The notes: generated from the letters alone by a model not told the origin. Shown: positions 1-9,339, counted from the first letter of the stretch. The stretch: 64,000 nt of DNA from Candidatus Acidiferrales bacterium (GCA_050018375.1 JBEKAE010000010.1:48808-112807), one strand, 5' to 3'. A program made the numbers and translations.

Positions 1-794
1 CCAAGCGCCGCGCCCTCTATTTTGGCACCGGCGACGGCCAGAGCGATCCGGTGCCCGATACCACCGACTCGGTGATGGCAATCAGCATGGACACCGGCGC
101 GATCCTCTGGCACTACCAGGCCACGGCGAATGACGCCTTCGTCGGCGGATGCAACGGCCCCACGCGCACCGACAATTGCCCCAAGGTCAACGGCCCCGAC
201 CAGGACATCGGCAATTCTCCGATTCTGAAGACGCTTCCGGACGGCAAGTCGGTCGTCGTCTTCGGCACGAAAAACGGCCGCGTGATCGCGGTCGATCCCG
301 ACAACAAAGGCGCCGTGCTGTGGACCACGCAGGTCGTCGAAATTTCCAAGGGCCAGGAGAATTCCTTCTACGCGAATCTCAATGGAATCGTGTGGGGCGG
401 CGCGGCCGACGACGAAAACGTCTACTACGGCCTGCAGAGCGGCGGCATCGTCGCGCTGAAATTGGCCACCGGCGAAAAAGTGTGGTACACGCCGTTTCCG
501 CATGCGGCGAACGCGCGCGTCTCGAATTCCGCCGCCGCGACGATGATGCCCGGCGTAGTCTTCGTCGCCGGCTCGGACGGCGAGCTGCACGCCGTCTCCG
601 CGAGTGACGGCCACATCCTGTGGAAATACGACACCGCCCGGAGTTTCGACACCGTGAACCAGGTGCCGGCGCACGGCGGCGCCATCAATTCCATCGGGCC
701 GAGCATCGTCAACGGCATGCTCTTCATCGCCTCGGGCTACGCCGTGACGGGCAGCAACTCCGGCAACGTGCTTCTCGCATTTTCCGCCCGATAG
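1..794 (+). CDS. PQQ-like / BamB-like beta-propeller repeat protein, C-terminal part (5' end lies outside the window)
   Basis: The frame of ORF 51..794 stays open back to nt 3 (KRRALYFGTGDGQSDP...), so the gene begins upstream of the window. It has four blade-like repeats ending in G-x-x-(L/V)-W: MAISMDTGAILW, VIAVDPDNKGAVLW, IVALKLATGEKVW, LHAVSASDGHILW. Confidence 0.7.
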   Translation, partial: KRRALYFGTGDGQSDPVPDTTDSVMAISMDTGAILWHYQATANDAFVGGCNGPTRTDNCPKVNGPDQDIGNSPILKTLPDGKSVVVFGTKNGRVIAVDPDNKGAVLWTTQVVEISKGQENSFYANLNGIVWGGAADDENVYYGLQSGGIVALKLATGEKVWYTPFPHAANARVSNSAAATMMPGVVFVAGSDGELHAVSASDGHILWKYDTARSFDTVNQVPAHGGAINSIGPSIVNGMLFIASGYAVTGSNSGNVLLAFSAR

Positions 795-868
795 TTCGTT
801 TGCATCGGAGAACCCCGGTGCCACGCGGCCAGCCGCCCGCGATTGCGATGTGATAAAGTTGCGGCCCG

Positions 869-2035
869 ATGCGGATCTTCGTTCTCGGAGCGGGCGGCAC
901 CGGCGGGCTGCTGGCACATCTCCTGGCACGCCAGGGCCATACCGTCTGGTGCGGCGATCGCGATATCGAGCGCGCGCGGCGATTCCTGGGCAAGAAAAGC
1001 GGGATCAAGGTCGTCGAGGCGAACGCGCGGAATATCTGGTCGATCGTGCGCGCAGGACGCGGCGCCAATCTCGTGGTCAACGCCTCTCCCGCCGTATTCA
1101 ACAAGATCATTCTGCGCGCGGCGCTGCGGCTGCGCGCCCACTACCTCGATCTGAATTCCCACCTCACGGCCCACCCGTTCCGGCCCGAGCAGTTCCGGTT
1201 TCACAAGCAGTTCCTGGCGAAAAATCGCGTGGCGCTGGTCTGCGCGGGGGTCGCCCCGGGCCTCACCAACCTGCTCGCCGAGCGCGCCGCGGAAATGCTC
1301 GATTCGGTCGAGGCCATCCACATTCGCCTGTTCGAAAGCACGGAGAGCAAGGACCCGGTTTCCACGTGGTCCGCGGATGTGGCTTACGACGAAGCGGTCT
1401 CGCTGCCGCGCGTCTACCGCAACGGCAAGTTCCTGCTCGCCAAGCGGTTCGACGAGCGCGAGAAGTTCCGCTTTCCTCCTCCGATCGGCGAGGTGCCCGT
1501 GTACCTCGCGGCGCAGGATGAAGTCTGCATGTTGCCCTACGTCGTCCGCGTCCGCGACGTCGACGCGAAAATCGGCGGAAACGATTTCGACCGCTTGCGG
1601 CGATGGTATCGCCAGGGCCGGCTGAGCCGCTCGGCGGGGATCGTCCGCAAGCGGTTCCCGGAGACGCTGACGCCGCGCCGCGTGGCGAAGTTGATCCGCA
1701 CGGGCGTCCTCGAAAACGCGCGATTTGCCGCCGCCGTGCTGGTCCGCGGGATGAAGGGCGAGCAGCCGCTCCTCGTGCGCTGGGACGCCAGCTTTCCGAC
1801 GCTCTATCAGATTCGCCAGCGCGGCCTGATCTCGACTCCCATCGCCTACGCCACCGCGCATCTCGCCGCGATTTTCGTCAAGCATTTCCCGCGCGATTCG
1901 GCCGGCGTGATCGGCCCCGGAGGCCTTTCGGCGGAGACGCGGCGCGCCATCCTCGCCGACGCTCGCTCCCGCGATTTCCACCTCTCTCTGAAGACGACCC
2001 GCCTCAAGAAGACAGAAGAAGACGACGAGTTCTAG
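869..2035 (+). CDS. saccharopine dehydrogenase-like NAD(P)-binding oxidoreductase
   Basis: 388-aa ORF with an N-terminal Rossmann GxGxxG (MRIFVLGAGGTGGLLA). The family call is from memory of similar proteins, not a search result. Confidence 0.5.
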   Translation: MRIFVLGAGGTGGLLAHLLARQGHTVWCGDRDIERARRFLGKKSGIKVVEANARNIWSIVRAGRGANLVVNASPAVFNKIILRAALRLRAHYLDLNSHLTAHPFRPEQFRFHKQFLAKNRVALVCAGVAPGLTNLLAERAAEMLDSVEAIHIRLFESTESKDPVSTWSADVAYDEAVSLPRVYRNGKFLLAKRFDEREKFRFPPPIGEVPVYLAAQDEVCMLPYVVRVRDVDAKIGGNDFDRLRRWYRQGRLSRSAGIVRKRFPETLTPRRVAKLIRTGVLENARFAAAVLVRGMKGEQPLLVRWDASFPTLYQIRQRGLISTPIAYATAHLAAIFVKHFPRDSAGVIGPGGLSAETRRAILADARSRDFHLSLKTTRLKKTEEDDEF

Positions 2036-2047
2036 TGCGGGCGGCCG

Positions 2048-3823
2048 GTGGTCCAATTCGATGAGTCGCCTGAGGCAACAGCAAGTCGGAACCAGGGGAA
2101 ATCCAGCGTGAAACTCGCGCAGCAGCTTGAGGCCTTGCGGGCCGCGTTGCACGGCAAGGCAGCCGAGCAGGATAGAATCCAAGATTCGGCCATCTTGCAT
2201 TGGAAATTGCCGATTCTGGGTGCTGTTATCGCGTTCGCGCTGTTGGCCGCGTGGAACATTGATCTTCCCGGCCTTTACTACGATGAGTTGATACAGGTCA
2301 CGCCAGCCCTTCGTTTCGTCAAAGGCAGCCTGCATAGCCAGGCGCACGGAATTGGCGAGACTGAGATCGGCATCCACGGACATCGGATTCCCCTGATGAC
2401 GATGGGATATATCGGCGCGGTAAAAACCATCGCATTTGTGCCCCTGGCGGCAACAATGGACCTTGGCCCGAGGAGTATCCGCTGCTTCACGATCGCGATC
2501 GGTGCTCTGGCGCTAATTGCGACCTCCGCTTTCGCACGCAGGCTCCTCGGGCCGGCTGCGGCCGTCCTGGGAATAATTTTGCTGGCGATCGACCCAAGCT
2601 ATCTGATCTTTTGTCGAACGGACTACGGCCCAACCGTCTTTATGATGGCGCTCAAGGGCGTGGCTTTATGGCAGTTGATTGTTTGGTGGCAAACACGAAG
2701 GTCATGGTCGCTGTACTTGGCGGCTTTCGCCATGGGGCTAGGGGTTTACGACAAGACGAATTTCCTTTGGATCGTGATCGCGCTGGTCGGTGCAGCGCTT
2801 CTGATTGTGCCCCAATTCTTGGCTCGTTTGACGCGACGGGAAACGATCTGTGCTGGGTGCCTGTTCCTGATCGGCTGCCTGCCCCTCGTCGCGTACAATC
2901 TCCATTGGCCGCCGCCGACTTGGACCGCCCTTGAATCTCACAATCGCTTGGTGAACGGGGAGACAGGAGCGCCGCGGTCATTGGAAGCGCTGGAACAAAG
3001 GCTAATGCAGCGCACGAAAGGTCTCACGGACCTTTTCACGGCAACAACCGTGAACTGGGTGCGAGATTGCCCTGCACCTCCCGTGGTGGTGATGCCCGTC
3101 GTGGCGCTTAGCGCTTCGGTGATAACGCTCGTCTGCTACGCCGTGCCCCGCTTGCGCCGTCGATGGCGCCGCGAAATGTTGCTCCTTCTGACGACGTTCT
3201 TCATCATACTGATGGCGGTCGTTACTCCTGGTGCGTACTCAAGCCATCATCTCATTTTGGCCTACCCATTCCCTCATTTGTTGGTCGCCGCCGTCGTGGT
3301 TCGATCCGCCAGACGGTTCTATCGAATGAGAACGCCTCTGGGCGCGATCGTCGCAGCTGCAGTGTTTTTCTTGGGATTCGCCGGGCCGGCGACAGCAAGT
3401 CTGCTTCGCTATCGGCAGGTCATGGTCCAACTGCAAAAGACCGGCGGCACGGGCAATTGGTCTGATGGAATCTATCTCCTTGACTCATGGCTTGAGACGC
3501 ACGATCCCGACCAACCAGTCGTGGCCGTCGACTGGGGCATCGAACAACCTTTGGTCGCGTTGTCCCAGGGGCGCCTTCACTGCGCGGACCTATGGCGGGT
3601 TCGCGACGCTGGAGCTTATCAACATTTTTTTAACCTGCCCGGATCTCGCTATGTGCTCCATCCGCCGGGCAACACGAACTTTCCGGAAGCCCGCGACCTT
3701 TTCCTCGAAGCCGCTCAAAATCGCGGCCTTCAACTTCACTCTGTGGAAACCATCACAGATCGGATGGCGCGCCCAATCCTTCTCGTTTATGTGCTCTCTC
3801 GAACAGTCAGCGACGCGCGCTAG
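2048..3823 (+). CDS. polytopic membrane protein, candidate GT-C (ArnT/PMT-like) glycosyltransferase
   Basis: 591-aa ORF with many hydrophobic helices (LPILGAVIAFALLAAW, FTIAIGALALIATSAFA, VLGIILLAIDPSYLIF, WIVIALVGAALLIV). An acidic YYDE motif sits in the first loop and a soluble C-terminal domain follows. The GTG start at 2048 is uncertain. Confidence 0.45.
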   Translation: MVQFDESPEATASRNQGKSSVKLAQQLEALRAALHGKAAEQDRIQDSAILHWKLPILGAVIAFALLAAWNIDLPGLYYDELIQVTPALRFVKGSLHSQAHGIGETEIGIHGHRIPLMTMGYIGAVKTIAFVPLAATMDLGPRSIRCFTIAIGALALIATSAFARRLLGPAAAVLGIILLAIDPSYLIFCRTDYGPTVFMMALKGVALWQLIVWWQTRRSWSLYLAAFAMGLGVYDKTNFLWIVIALVGAALLIVPQFLARLTRRETICAGCLFLIGCLPLVAYNLHWPPPTWTALESHNRLVNGETGAPRSLEALEQRLMQRTKGLTDLFTATTVNWVRDCPAPPVVVMPVVALSASVITLVCYAVPRLRRRWRREMLLLLTTFFIILMAVVTPGAYSSHHLILAYPFPHLLVAAVVVRSARRFYRMRTPLGAIVAAAVFFLGFAGPATASLLRYRQVMVQLQKTGGTGNWSDGIYLLDSWLETHDPDQPVVAVDWGIEQPLVALSQGRLHCADLWRVRDAGAYQHFFNLPGSRYVLHPPGNTNFPEARDLFLEAAQNRGLQLHSVETITDRMARPILLVYVLSRTVSDAR

Positions 3824-3903
3824 CCGGAAACTAACCGCTCCCTGCCTACGCTCGTTTGACCGCGCAAAGCATCACCCTGCACGGCTTGATCGGGAGTTGT
3901 CGC

Positions 3904-4182
3904 TCAGCGCTTCTCGGACGTTGTTGGATCGATTGTCGTCTTGATCTCGGAGATTCGGTTCGCGGGGAAGCCTCCCTTGCGGGCGTGATCGCGCACCATC
4001 TCTTCGTTCGGGGCAATGTAGACGCAGTAGATCTTGTCTGCCGTGACGTGGCTCTCCAACCACTGAATTTGCGGCCCGAGCCGGTTCAGCACGCTGCAGG
4101 ACTTCTGCGAAAGGGCCTGCAATTCCTGCGGCGTCATCTTTCCGGCACCGGGGACTTCGCGTTCAATCAGGTATTTCGGCAC
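3904..4182 (-). CDS. DUF4242 family small protein
   Basis: VPKYLIEREVPGAGKMTPQELQALSQKS...GPQIQWLESHVTADKIYCVYIAPNEEMVRDHARKGGFPAN matches my memory of the DUF4242 pattern. I prefer the GTG start at 4182, with AAGGAG 6 nt upstream, over the track start at 4224. Confidence 0.65.
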   Translation of the reverse strand: MPKYLIEREVPGAGKMTPQELQALSQKSCSVLNRLGPQIQWLESHVTADKIYCVYIAPNEEMVRDHARKGGFPANRISEIKTTIDPTTSEKR

Positions 4183-4253
4183 GCCGAGCTCCTTCTCGAT
4201 GGGATTTGACGCGCACAGTACCAAGGTCCATCTGCACGGTCAAGAGTCCCGGT

Positions 4254-4283
4254 TTGACCGCATGCAGCGCGGGCCGCTATAAT
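4254..4283 (+). promoter_or_regulatory. sigma70-type promoter upstream of efp
   Basis: TTGACC (4254-4259), 18-nt spacer, TATAAT (4278-4283). This implies a leader of about 150 nt before the efp ATG at 4433. Confidence 0.5.
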
Positions 4284-4432
4284 CATTGTTTCGGCCCGGC
4301 ATGAAATCTGCGCTGTATGCATCCCGGATGGTTTCGGGACATGCTGGGTACGGCCCCGGCGGGTAGCATGCCCTCCCGGCTAAGGTTTCCGCAAAGAGGA
4401 AACTCCAGACAAGAATTCAGGAGCGGATCACC

Positions 4433-4990
4433 ATGAAGGCAACACTATTGCGCGCCGGAATGATCATCAAGCACGAGGGCGATCTCTTTGCGGTCTACAG
4501 CGTCGATCACCGCACGCCCGGCAACAAGCGCGCCGCGATGCAGACGAAGATGCGCAACCTGCGCACCGGCTCGATGATCGATTACAGGTTCCGCGCGGAA
4601 GACTCGATCGAGAAGGTCACTGTCGACGAAGTGGAATTCGAGTATCTCTACAGCGACGGCGAAGGCCACCACTTCATGAACAACGAGAATTACGAGCAGA
4701 TCGCGCTGCAAAACGACATCGTCGGCGACGCGAAAGACTATCTGATCGCCAACATGCCCGTGAAGATCGAGTACTACGACAACAAGCCCATCGGCGTGCT
4801 GCTGCCCGACACGGTCGACCTCACCGTCGTCGATACCGAACCGAGCATCCAGAAGGCCACCGCAAGCGCCGTGATGAAGCCCGCGAAGCTCGAAACGGGT
4901 CTCGTGATCAACGTTCCGCCGTTCGTCGGCAACGGCGACAAAGTGCGAGTCGACACCTCCGAAGGCCGCTACATGCAGCGCGTGCAGTAA
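4433..4990 (+). CDS. efp: translation elongation factor P
   Basis: 185 aa, collinear with EF-P: ...VDHRTPGNKRAAMQTKMRNLRTG..., YLYSDGEGHHFMNNENYEQI, C-terminal VPPFVGNGDKVRVDTSEGRYMQRV. AGGAG lies upstream of the ATG. Confidence 0.95.
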   Translation: MKATLLRAGMIIKHEGDLFAVYSVDHRTPGNKRAAMQTKMRNLRTGSMIDYRFRAEDSIEKVTVDEVEFEYLYSDGEGHHFMNNENYEQIALQNDIVGDAKDYLIANMPVKIEYYDNKPIGVLLPDTVDLTVVDTEPSIQKATASAVMKPAKLETGLVINVPPFVGNGDKVRVDTSEGRYMQRVQ

Positions 4991-5046
4991 GGCGAGCTTC
5001 CGCTCAGTGTCCCATCAACATCCCGACTTGTGAGCATGGGTGTGTT

Positions 5047-6366
5047 CTACCGGGCGGCGGACCGTTTGGCTCCGAAGACGCGCTGGAAGATCGCGTCGAC
5101 GGCGCGCAACTGGCGCTGCAAGTCGAAGGTGTGCGCGAGCGCCTTTTCATCGAGGAATTTGCGGATGTCCGGATCGGCGGCGACGCGGTCCTGGAAGCTT
5201 GTTTCCGATTCCCACGCGGCCATGGCGTGGCCCTGCACCCACTTGTAGGAATCCTCGCGCGGCGCGCCGTGCTCGACCAGATCCTGCAAGAGCTGCCCTG
5301 AAAAAATCAGGCCCTGCGTCGCGTCCAGATTCCTTCGCATTCGAACCGGGAAAACCTTCATACTGGTGACAATTTCGGCCATTTTTTGCAGCATATAGTC
5401 CACTAAAATGGCCGAATCCGGCAGGATTATGCGCTCGACCGAGCTGTGCGAGATGTCCCGCTCGTGCCAGAGCGCGATATTCTCCATCGCCGCGATGGAG
5501 TTCGCGCGGACGACTCGCGCGAGCCCGCAAACCTGCTCGCTCGAGACGGGATTGCGCTTGTGCGGCATGGCCGAGCTGCCGCGCTGCTCGCCGCCGAACG
5601 GCTCCTCGACTTCGCGGACTTCCGTGCGCTGAAGGTGGCGGATTTCGAGGGCCACGCGCTCGAGCGACGCCGCCACAATCGCGAGCGTCGAGACGTATTG
5701 CGCGTGGCGGTCGCGCTCAATCACCTGCGAGGTGATCGGCGCGGCGGCGAGACCCAGCCGCGCGCAGATTTTCTGCTCGATTTCCGGGCCTAGATGCGTG
5801 CAGGTGCCGACCGCGCCCGAAATCTTTCCCACGGCCATTTGCTGCGCGGCGGCGGCGAAACGCTCGGCGTCGCGGCGATTTTCGGCGTACCAGTTCGCGA
5901 TTTTCAGTCCGAACGTGATCGGCTCGGCGTGAATGCCGTGCGTGCGGCCGATTTCAGGCGTGTCCTTGAACTCCCACGCGCGCTTTTCGAGAATTTCGCC
6001 GAAGCGTGCGATGCCTTTCTCGATTAGCTTCGAGGCGTCGCGGACGAGCAGGGCCTGCGCGGTATCGACCACGTCGTTCGAAGTGAGGCCATAGTGCAGC
6101 CAGCGCGCCGCCTCCGGATCGCCGACGGTTTCCTGCACGGCGATGGTGAACGCGATCACGTCGTGGCGGACCTTCGCTTCGATCTCGTTGATGCGCGCCA
6201 CGTCGATGCGCGCGCGTTCGCGCAACTTCGCAGCGGCCTCGCGCGGCACGGTGCCTGCCTCCGCGAGGGTTTCCGTGGCGGCCAGCTCGACCTCAAGCCA
6301 CTTCTGGAATTTATTCTGCTCGCTCCAGACGTGGCCCATCTCCGAGCGCGTGTAGCGTGAAATCAA
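5047..6366 (-). CDS. purB: adenylosuccinate lyase
   Basis: 439 aa. N-terminus MISRYTRSEMGHVWSEQNKF, fumarate-lyase signature GSSAMPHKRNP. TTG start. Confidence 0.95.
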   Translation of the reverse strand: MISRYTRSEMGHVWSEQNKFQKWLEVELAATETLAEAGTVPREAAAKLRERARIDVARINEIEAKVRHDVIAFTIAVQETVGDPEAARWLHYGLTSNDVVDTAQALLVRDASKLIEKGIARFGEILEKRAWEFKDTPEIGRTHGIHAEPITFGLKIANWYAENRRDAERFAAAAQQMAVGKISGAVGTCTHLGPEIEQKICARLGLAAAPITSQVIERDRHAQYVSTLAIVAASLERVALEIRHLQRTEVREVEEPFGGEQRGSSAMPHKRNPVSSEQVCGLARVVRANSIAAMENIALWHERDISHSSVERIILPDSAILVDYMLQKMAEIVTSMKVFPVRMRRNLDATQGLIFSGQLLQDLVEHGAPREDSYKWVQGHAMAAWESETSFQDRVAADPDIRKFLDEKALAHTFDLQRQLRAVDAIFQRVFGAKRSAAR

Positions 6367-6550
6367 ATTCGACTCCCTGAACTCCGGCGATTGGCGGGGG
6401 AACTCCCTGCTCCATCATACCTGAAAAGGCGACACCCTGGACTCGACAGCGGAGGGCAAAGCGACTCGCTGCTAGCCCCGGGGTTGTGGAGCCGCGGCGG
6501 CTCGGGGCCGGCTTGGCGCGTGTAGTAGGATTCGCGCAGGAGGTAACGGC

Positions 6551-7096
6551 ATGGCGACGAAGCATCCGGCAATCGAGGGCGCGATCAAGGAATTCATCGA
6601 GGGGCAGAAGATGTTTTTCGTGGGGTCGGCGCCGCTCGACGCGAAGGGCCATGTGAATATCTCTCCCAAGGGGCTCGACACGTTTCGAATCCTCGGGCCG
6701 AAAACGGTGGCGTACCTGGACCTGACCGGCAGCGGAATCGAGACGGTGGCGCACGTGAAGGAAAACGGCCGGATCGTGCTGATGTTCTGCGCGTTTCAGG
6801 GCTCGCCGAAGATCTTGCGGCTGTACGGGCAAGGCAGAGTTGTCGGGCCGAGCGAAGCGGAATTCGCTCGCTTGGAGGATCACTTTCCAGCGCTTGCAGG
6901 GATCCGGTCGATCATCGTCGTCGAGCTCACGGACATCATCGACTCGTGCGGGTTGGGCGTTCCTCTTTTCAAATACGAAGGGCAGCGAGAGCAGCACACT
7001 GCCTGGGCCCGCAAGATCGGTCCGGAAGCGGTCAAGACCTACCAACACGACAAAAATCAGCGAAGCCTCGATGGTCTTCCGGGATTATCGGCGTAG
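6551..7096 (+). CDS. pyridoxamine 5'-phosphate oxidase family (FMN-binding split-barrel) protein
   Basis: 181 aa. FFVGSAPLDAKGHVNISPKG...VAYLDLTGSGIETVAHVKENGRIVLMFCAF is typical of PNPOx-like proteins. GGAGG lies upstream of the ATG. Confidence 0.7.
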   Translation: MATKHPAIEGAIKEFIEGQKMFFVGSAPLDAKGHVNISPKGLDTFRILGPKTVAYLDLTGSGIETVAHVKENGRIVLMFCAFQGSPKILRLYGQGRVVGPSEAEFARLEDHFPALAGIRSIIVVELTDIIDSCGLGVPLFKYEGQREQHTAWARKIGPEAVKTYQHDKNQRSLDGLPGLSA

Positions 7097-7135
7097 GTTG
7101 GAATCCAGAACGACCGTTCCCACACGCTCTGACCC

Positions 7136-7226
7136 AAAAAGCAGATCCCTTCCCGCACGACCATCCGGGACGCAAACACCGCGCACCCTCCATCCGCAAA
7201 AGACGCGGCTGGGTTCGGGATGACAG
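7136..7226 (+). repeat. REP-like hairpin element, copy A (long variant)
   Basis: Left end AAAAAGCAGATCCCT and right end CGCGGCTGGGTTCGGGATGACAG are nearly identical to copy B at 14071-14127. The ATCCC and GGGAT arms can pair. Confidence 0.7.
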
Positions 7227-7273
7227 CGAGAAGCCTCATCCCGGCCCGCGGGGCGAGCCACATGGAGGAGCGA

Positions 7274-7327
7274 TCAGAGCTCGAAGGGGCCGAGGGGGGT
7301 GCGCTGGCTGGCGATGTGGAGCGAGCC
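7274..7327 (-). pseudogene. duplicated 3'-terminal fragment of the MBL-fold hydrolase gene
   Basis: Reverse strand encodes ...SLHIASQRTPLGPFEL-stop. The real gene end (7798-7851) encodes ...TLHIASQRTPLGPFEL-stop. A 40-nt core (7284-7323) is identical to 7808-7847, and flanking codons differ only synonymously (GAG CTC GAA vs CAG TTC AAA on the plus strand). Confidence 0.8.
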
Positions 7328-7348
7328 CTGAATCGTTCGTTGCGCGGC

Positions 7349-7720
7349 TTAGTGGAGCATTAAAACCATCATGAGCACGAGCACCACCGCCCAGTAGCTG
7401 GACCAAAGCAGCCTAGCGCCGTCTGTCCAAATAGCGGCCGTGACGTTGGGTGGCGTCCCCGCGCCGGCCAGCAGACGGCTGATTCGACGATATGCCGGGA
7501 CGGCCTGAAACCACGGTCCAGCTATAACACAAGCGAGGACAAATGCCTCAATAACCCAGTCGCCATGATGCGATCTCGTTGCGAGTACGTGCTTCACAGA
7601 TAGACATATGGCCACCGTCATAGCGAGAATCACCATCCCGATGGACCGCCACGAAAACGAGCCATCCTCGCTTAGATAGACGGACGGCCTGATTTCGGAT
7701 TGCCCGACGTTTTCGGTCAT
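7349..7720 (-). CDS. small hydrophobic membrane protein, unknown function (sits inside the insertion)
   Basis: About 123 aa from the ATG at 7720 (MTENVGQSE...). Three to four hydrophobic helices (IGMVILAMTVAICLSV, VIEAFVLACVIAGPWF, LLWSSYWAVVLVLMMVLML). Visibly lower GC than its neighbours. I recognise no homology. Confidence 0.45.
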   Translation of the reverse strand: MTENVGQSEIRPSVYLSEDGSFSWRSIGMVILAMTVAICLSVKHVLATRSHHGDWVIEAFVLACVIAGPWFQAVPAYRRISRLLAGAGTPPNVTAAIWTDGARLLWSSYWAVVLVLMMVLMLH

Positions 7721-7797
7721 AGCGCGCGCTCCCAAAAGCAGACAACGACGATGAGAGTATGGCCCTAACGATAGCAGCTACAGAAATGGTAACACAG

Positions 7798-8769
7798 CTA
7801 CAGTTCAAAGGGGCCGAGGGGGGTGCGCTGGCTGGCGATGTGGAGCGTGCCGCGGAAGGCGAAGTCCGCGGGGCGGCTGGCCAACGCCTGCTCGGCGCAA
7901 ATCTGCGCGATATCGGGCGTGTTGTTCTGCTCGGAGAGATGCGCGAGGACGAGGTGGCGCGCGCGGGCGTCGAAGACCTCGGAATCGGCGAGGAATTCGC
8001 TGACAACGTTGTTCGAAAGGTGCCCGGTGCGGCTCATGACGCGCTGCTTGATGTACCACGGGTACGGCCCGACCTTGAGCATGTCGAGATCGTGGTTCGA
8101 TTCGAGGATCAGGAAATCGGCTTCGCGCAGGTGGTGCTTCACCAGCTCGGGCAGGTAGCCGAGGTCGGTGACGATCGCGACCTTCGTGCCGTTGGTGCGG
8201 AAGGCGTAGCCGACCGGATCGGCGGCGTCGTGCGGGATCGCGAACGGATTGATTTCGATGTCGCCGATTTCGAACCGCTCGCCCGCGCGGATGTATTCGA
8301 CGCGCTCCATTTTCGCCTTGCGCCCCGGCTTTTCGGGATCGTCGGCGTACATCTTCAGGATTTCGCGGTGCGTCGGCTCGGTGAGGTACGCGGGGCAGTC
8401 CCATTCGCGGGCCATCTGCGCCGCGCCGCTTGAATGGTCGGAGTGCTCGTGCGTGATCAGGATGGCGTCCACGCGCTCGGGACGCGCGCGGCCCAGCGCT
8501 TCGAAGCGCCGCAGCATTTCCTTTTTGCCAAGGCCGGCGTCGATGAGGAGGGTGGTGCGCTCGGTTTCGAGCAACGTGGCGTTGCCCGTGCTGCCGGAGG
8601 CCAGAATGGAGATGCGAAACGAGATGCGGTTGCCCTCAGCCGAAAAATCCGAACCGCTCAGGATGTTGGCAGAGCGCAGAGGCGGCGTCAAAGGAAAAAC
8701 ATCGGAGGTTGAGGAAGTAAATGAGGCAAAGGAGGTGGAGGAAAAACCCCGGCGCATCAGGCAACGCAT
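7798..8769 (-). CDS. MBL-fold metallo-hydrolase
   Basis: ILASGSTGNATLLETERTTLLIDAG plus the HxHxDH motif (ILITHEHSDHSSG) and a C-terminal HLS motif. The start is uncertain: the first ~40 aa are Ser/Thr/Phe-rich and may not be translated. Confidence 0.8.
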   Translation of the reverse strand: MRCLMRRGFSSTSFASFTSSTSDVFPLTPPLRSANILSGSDFSAEGNRISFRISILASGSTGNATLLETERTTLLIDAGLGKKEMLRRFEALGRARPERVDAILITHEHSDHSSGAAQMAREWDCPAYLTEPTHREILKMYADDPEKPGRKAKMERVEYIRAGERFEIGDIEINPFAIPHDAADPVGYAFRTNGTKVAIVTDLGYLPELVKHHLREADFLILESNHDLDMLKVGPYPWYIKQRVMSRTGHLSNNVVSEFLADSEVFDARARHLVLAHLSEQNNTPDIAQICAEQALASRPADFAFRGTLHIASQRTPLGPFEL

Positions 8770-8851
8770 GTCGCCGAGCCGGGTTGGCGAGCAATCGCTA
8801 CTTGCTGCGGGTGAACCTGCGCAAAGGAAGGCGCTTCGCGCCGGCTTATAC

Positions 8852-8871
8852 GGCGGGGCTGAAGCCCCGCC
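8852..8871. other. perfect GC-rich hairpin (possible terminator or REP)
   Basis: GGCGGGGC-TGAA-GCCCCGCC, an 8-bp stem. It lies between the end of the 8899-9339 ORF and the MBL gene start. No U-tract on either strand. Confidence 0.4.
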
Positions 8872-8898
8872 TTCCCAGGCCTATTTGTGGGACGGAGG

Positions 8899-9339
8899 TC
8901 AGTCGATGGGGTCGGAGTCGATGCCGATGTTCTTTTCGCCGGCGGCTTTCTTTTCGTTGTACTTCTTCACCCAGGCGGCGAAGGATTTGCCGGCGGCGGT
9001 GTCGCGTCCGGTGAACGCGAGCGCGGCAATGTCGCTGTAGGGCACGGAGAGCTTGCCGGGCTGGTCCTTGGGATCGTTCCCTTGGGGCGGCTTCGGCATA
9101 AGGCGCACGGCGCAATCCGAGAGCAGGGGGCCTTTGACCTTGCGGTCGAAGATGTAGCCTTCGATCACGCGGCCGTCCTTGAGGGTGATGGTCACATCGC
9201 CGCGATAGTCGAACGCTTTTTCGAGGGCCGCGCGAATTTCCGGCTCGGCGGCGGTCGAGGGAATCCAGCCTTCGAGATTTTCGTGGGCGACGCCGAGATG
9301 CTCCTCGGACGAGCTGGCATATGTATTCGAATCGGTCAT
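8899..9339 (-). CDS. hypothetical protein
   Basis: ORF with protein-like composition (MTDSNTYASSSEEHLGVAHENLEGWIPSTAAEPEIRAALEKAFDYRGDVTITLKDGRVIEGYIF...). No motif recognised. The start could be 9339 or 9387. Confidence 0.45.
   Translation of the reverse strand: MTDSNTYASSSEEHLGVAHENLEGWIPSTAAEPEIRAALEKAFDYRGDVTITLKDGRVIEGYIFDRKVKGPLLSDCAVRLMPKPPQGNDPKDQPGKLSVPYSDIAALAFTGRDTAAGKSFAAWVKKYNEKKAAGEKNIGIDSDPID

Noticed and set aside
737-2383. 548-aa ORF on the minus strand
   Set aside because: It is antisense to the Rossmann-fold gene at 869-2035. It is Arg/Ala/Gly/Pro-rich, has no recognisable motif, and is typical of open antisense frames in high-GC DNA.
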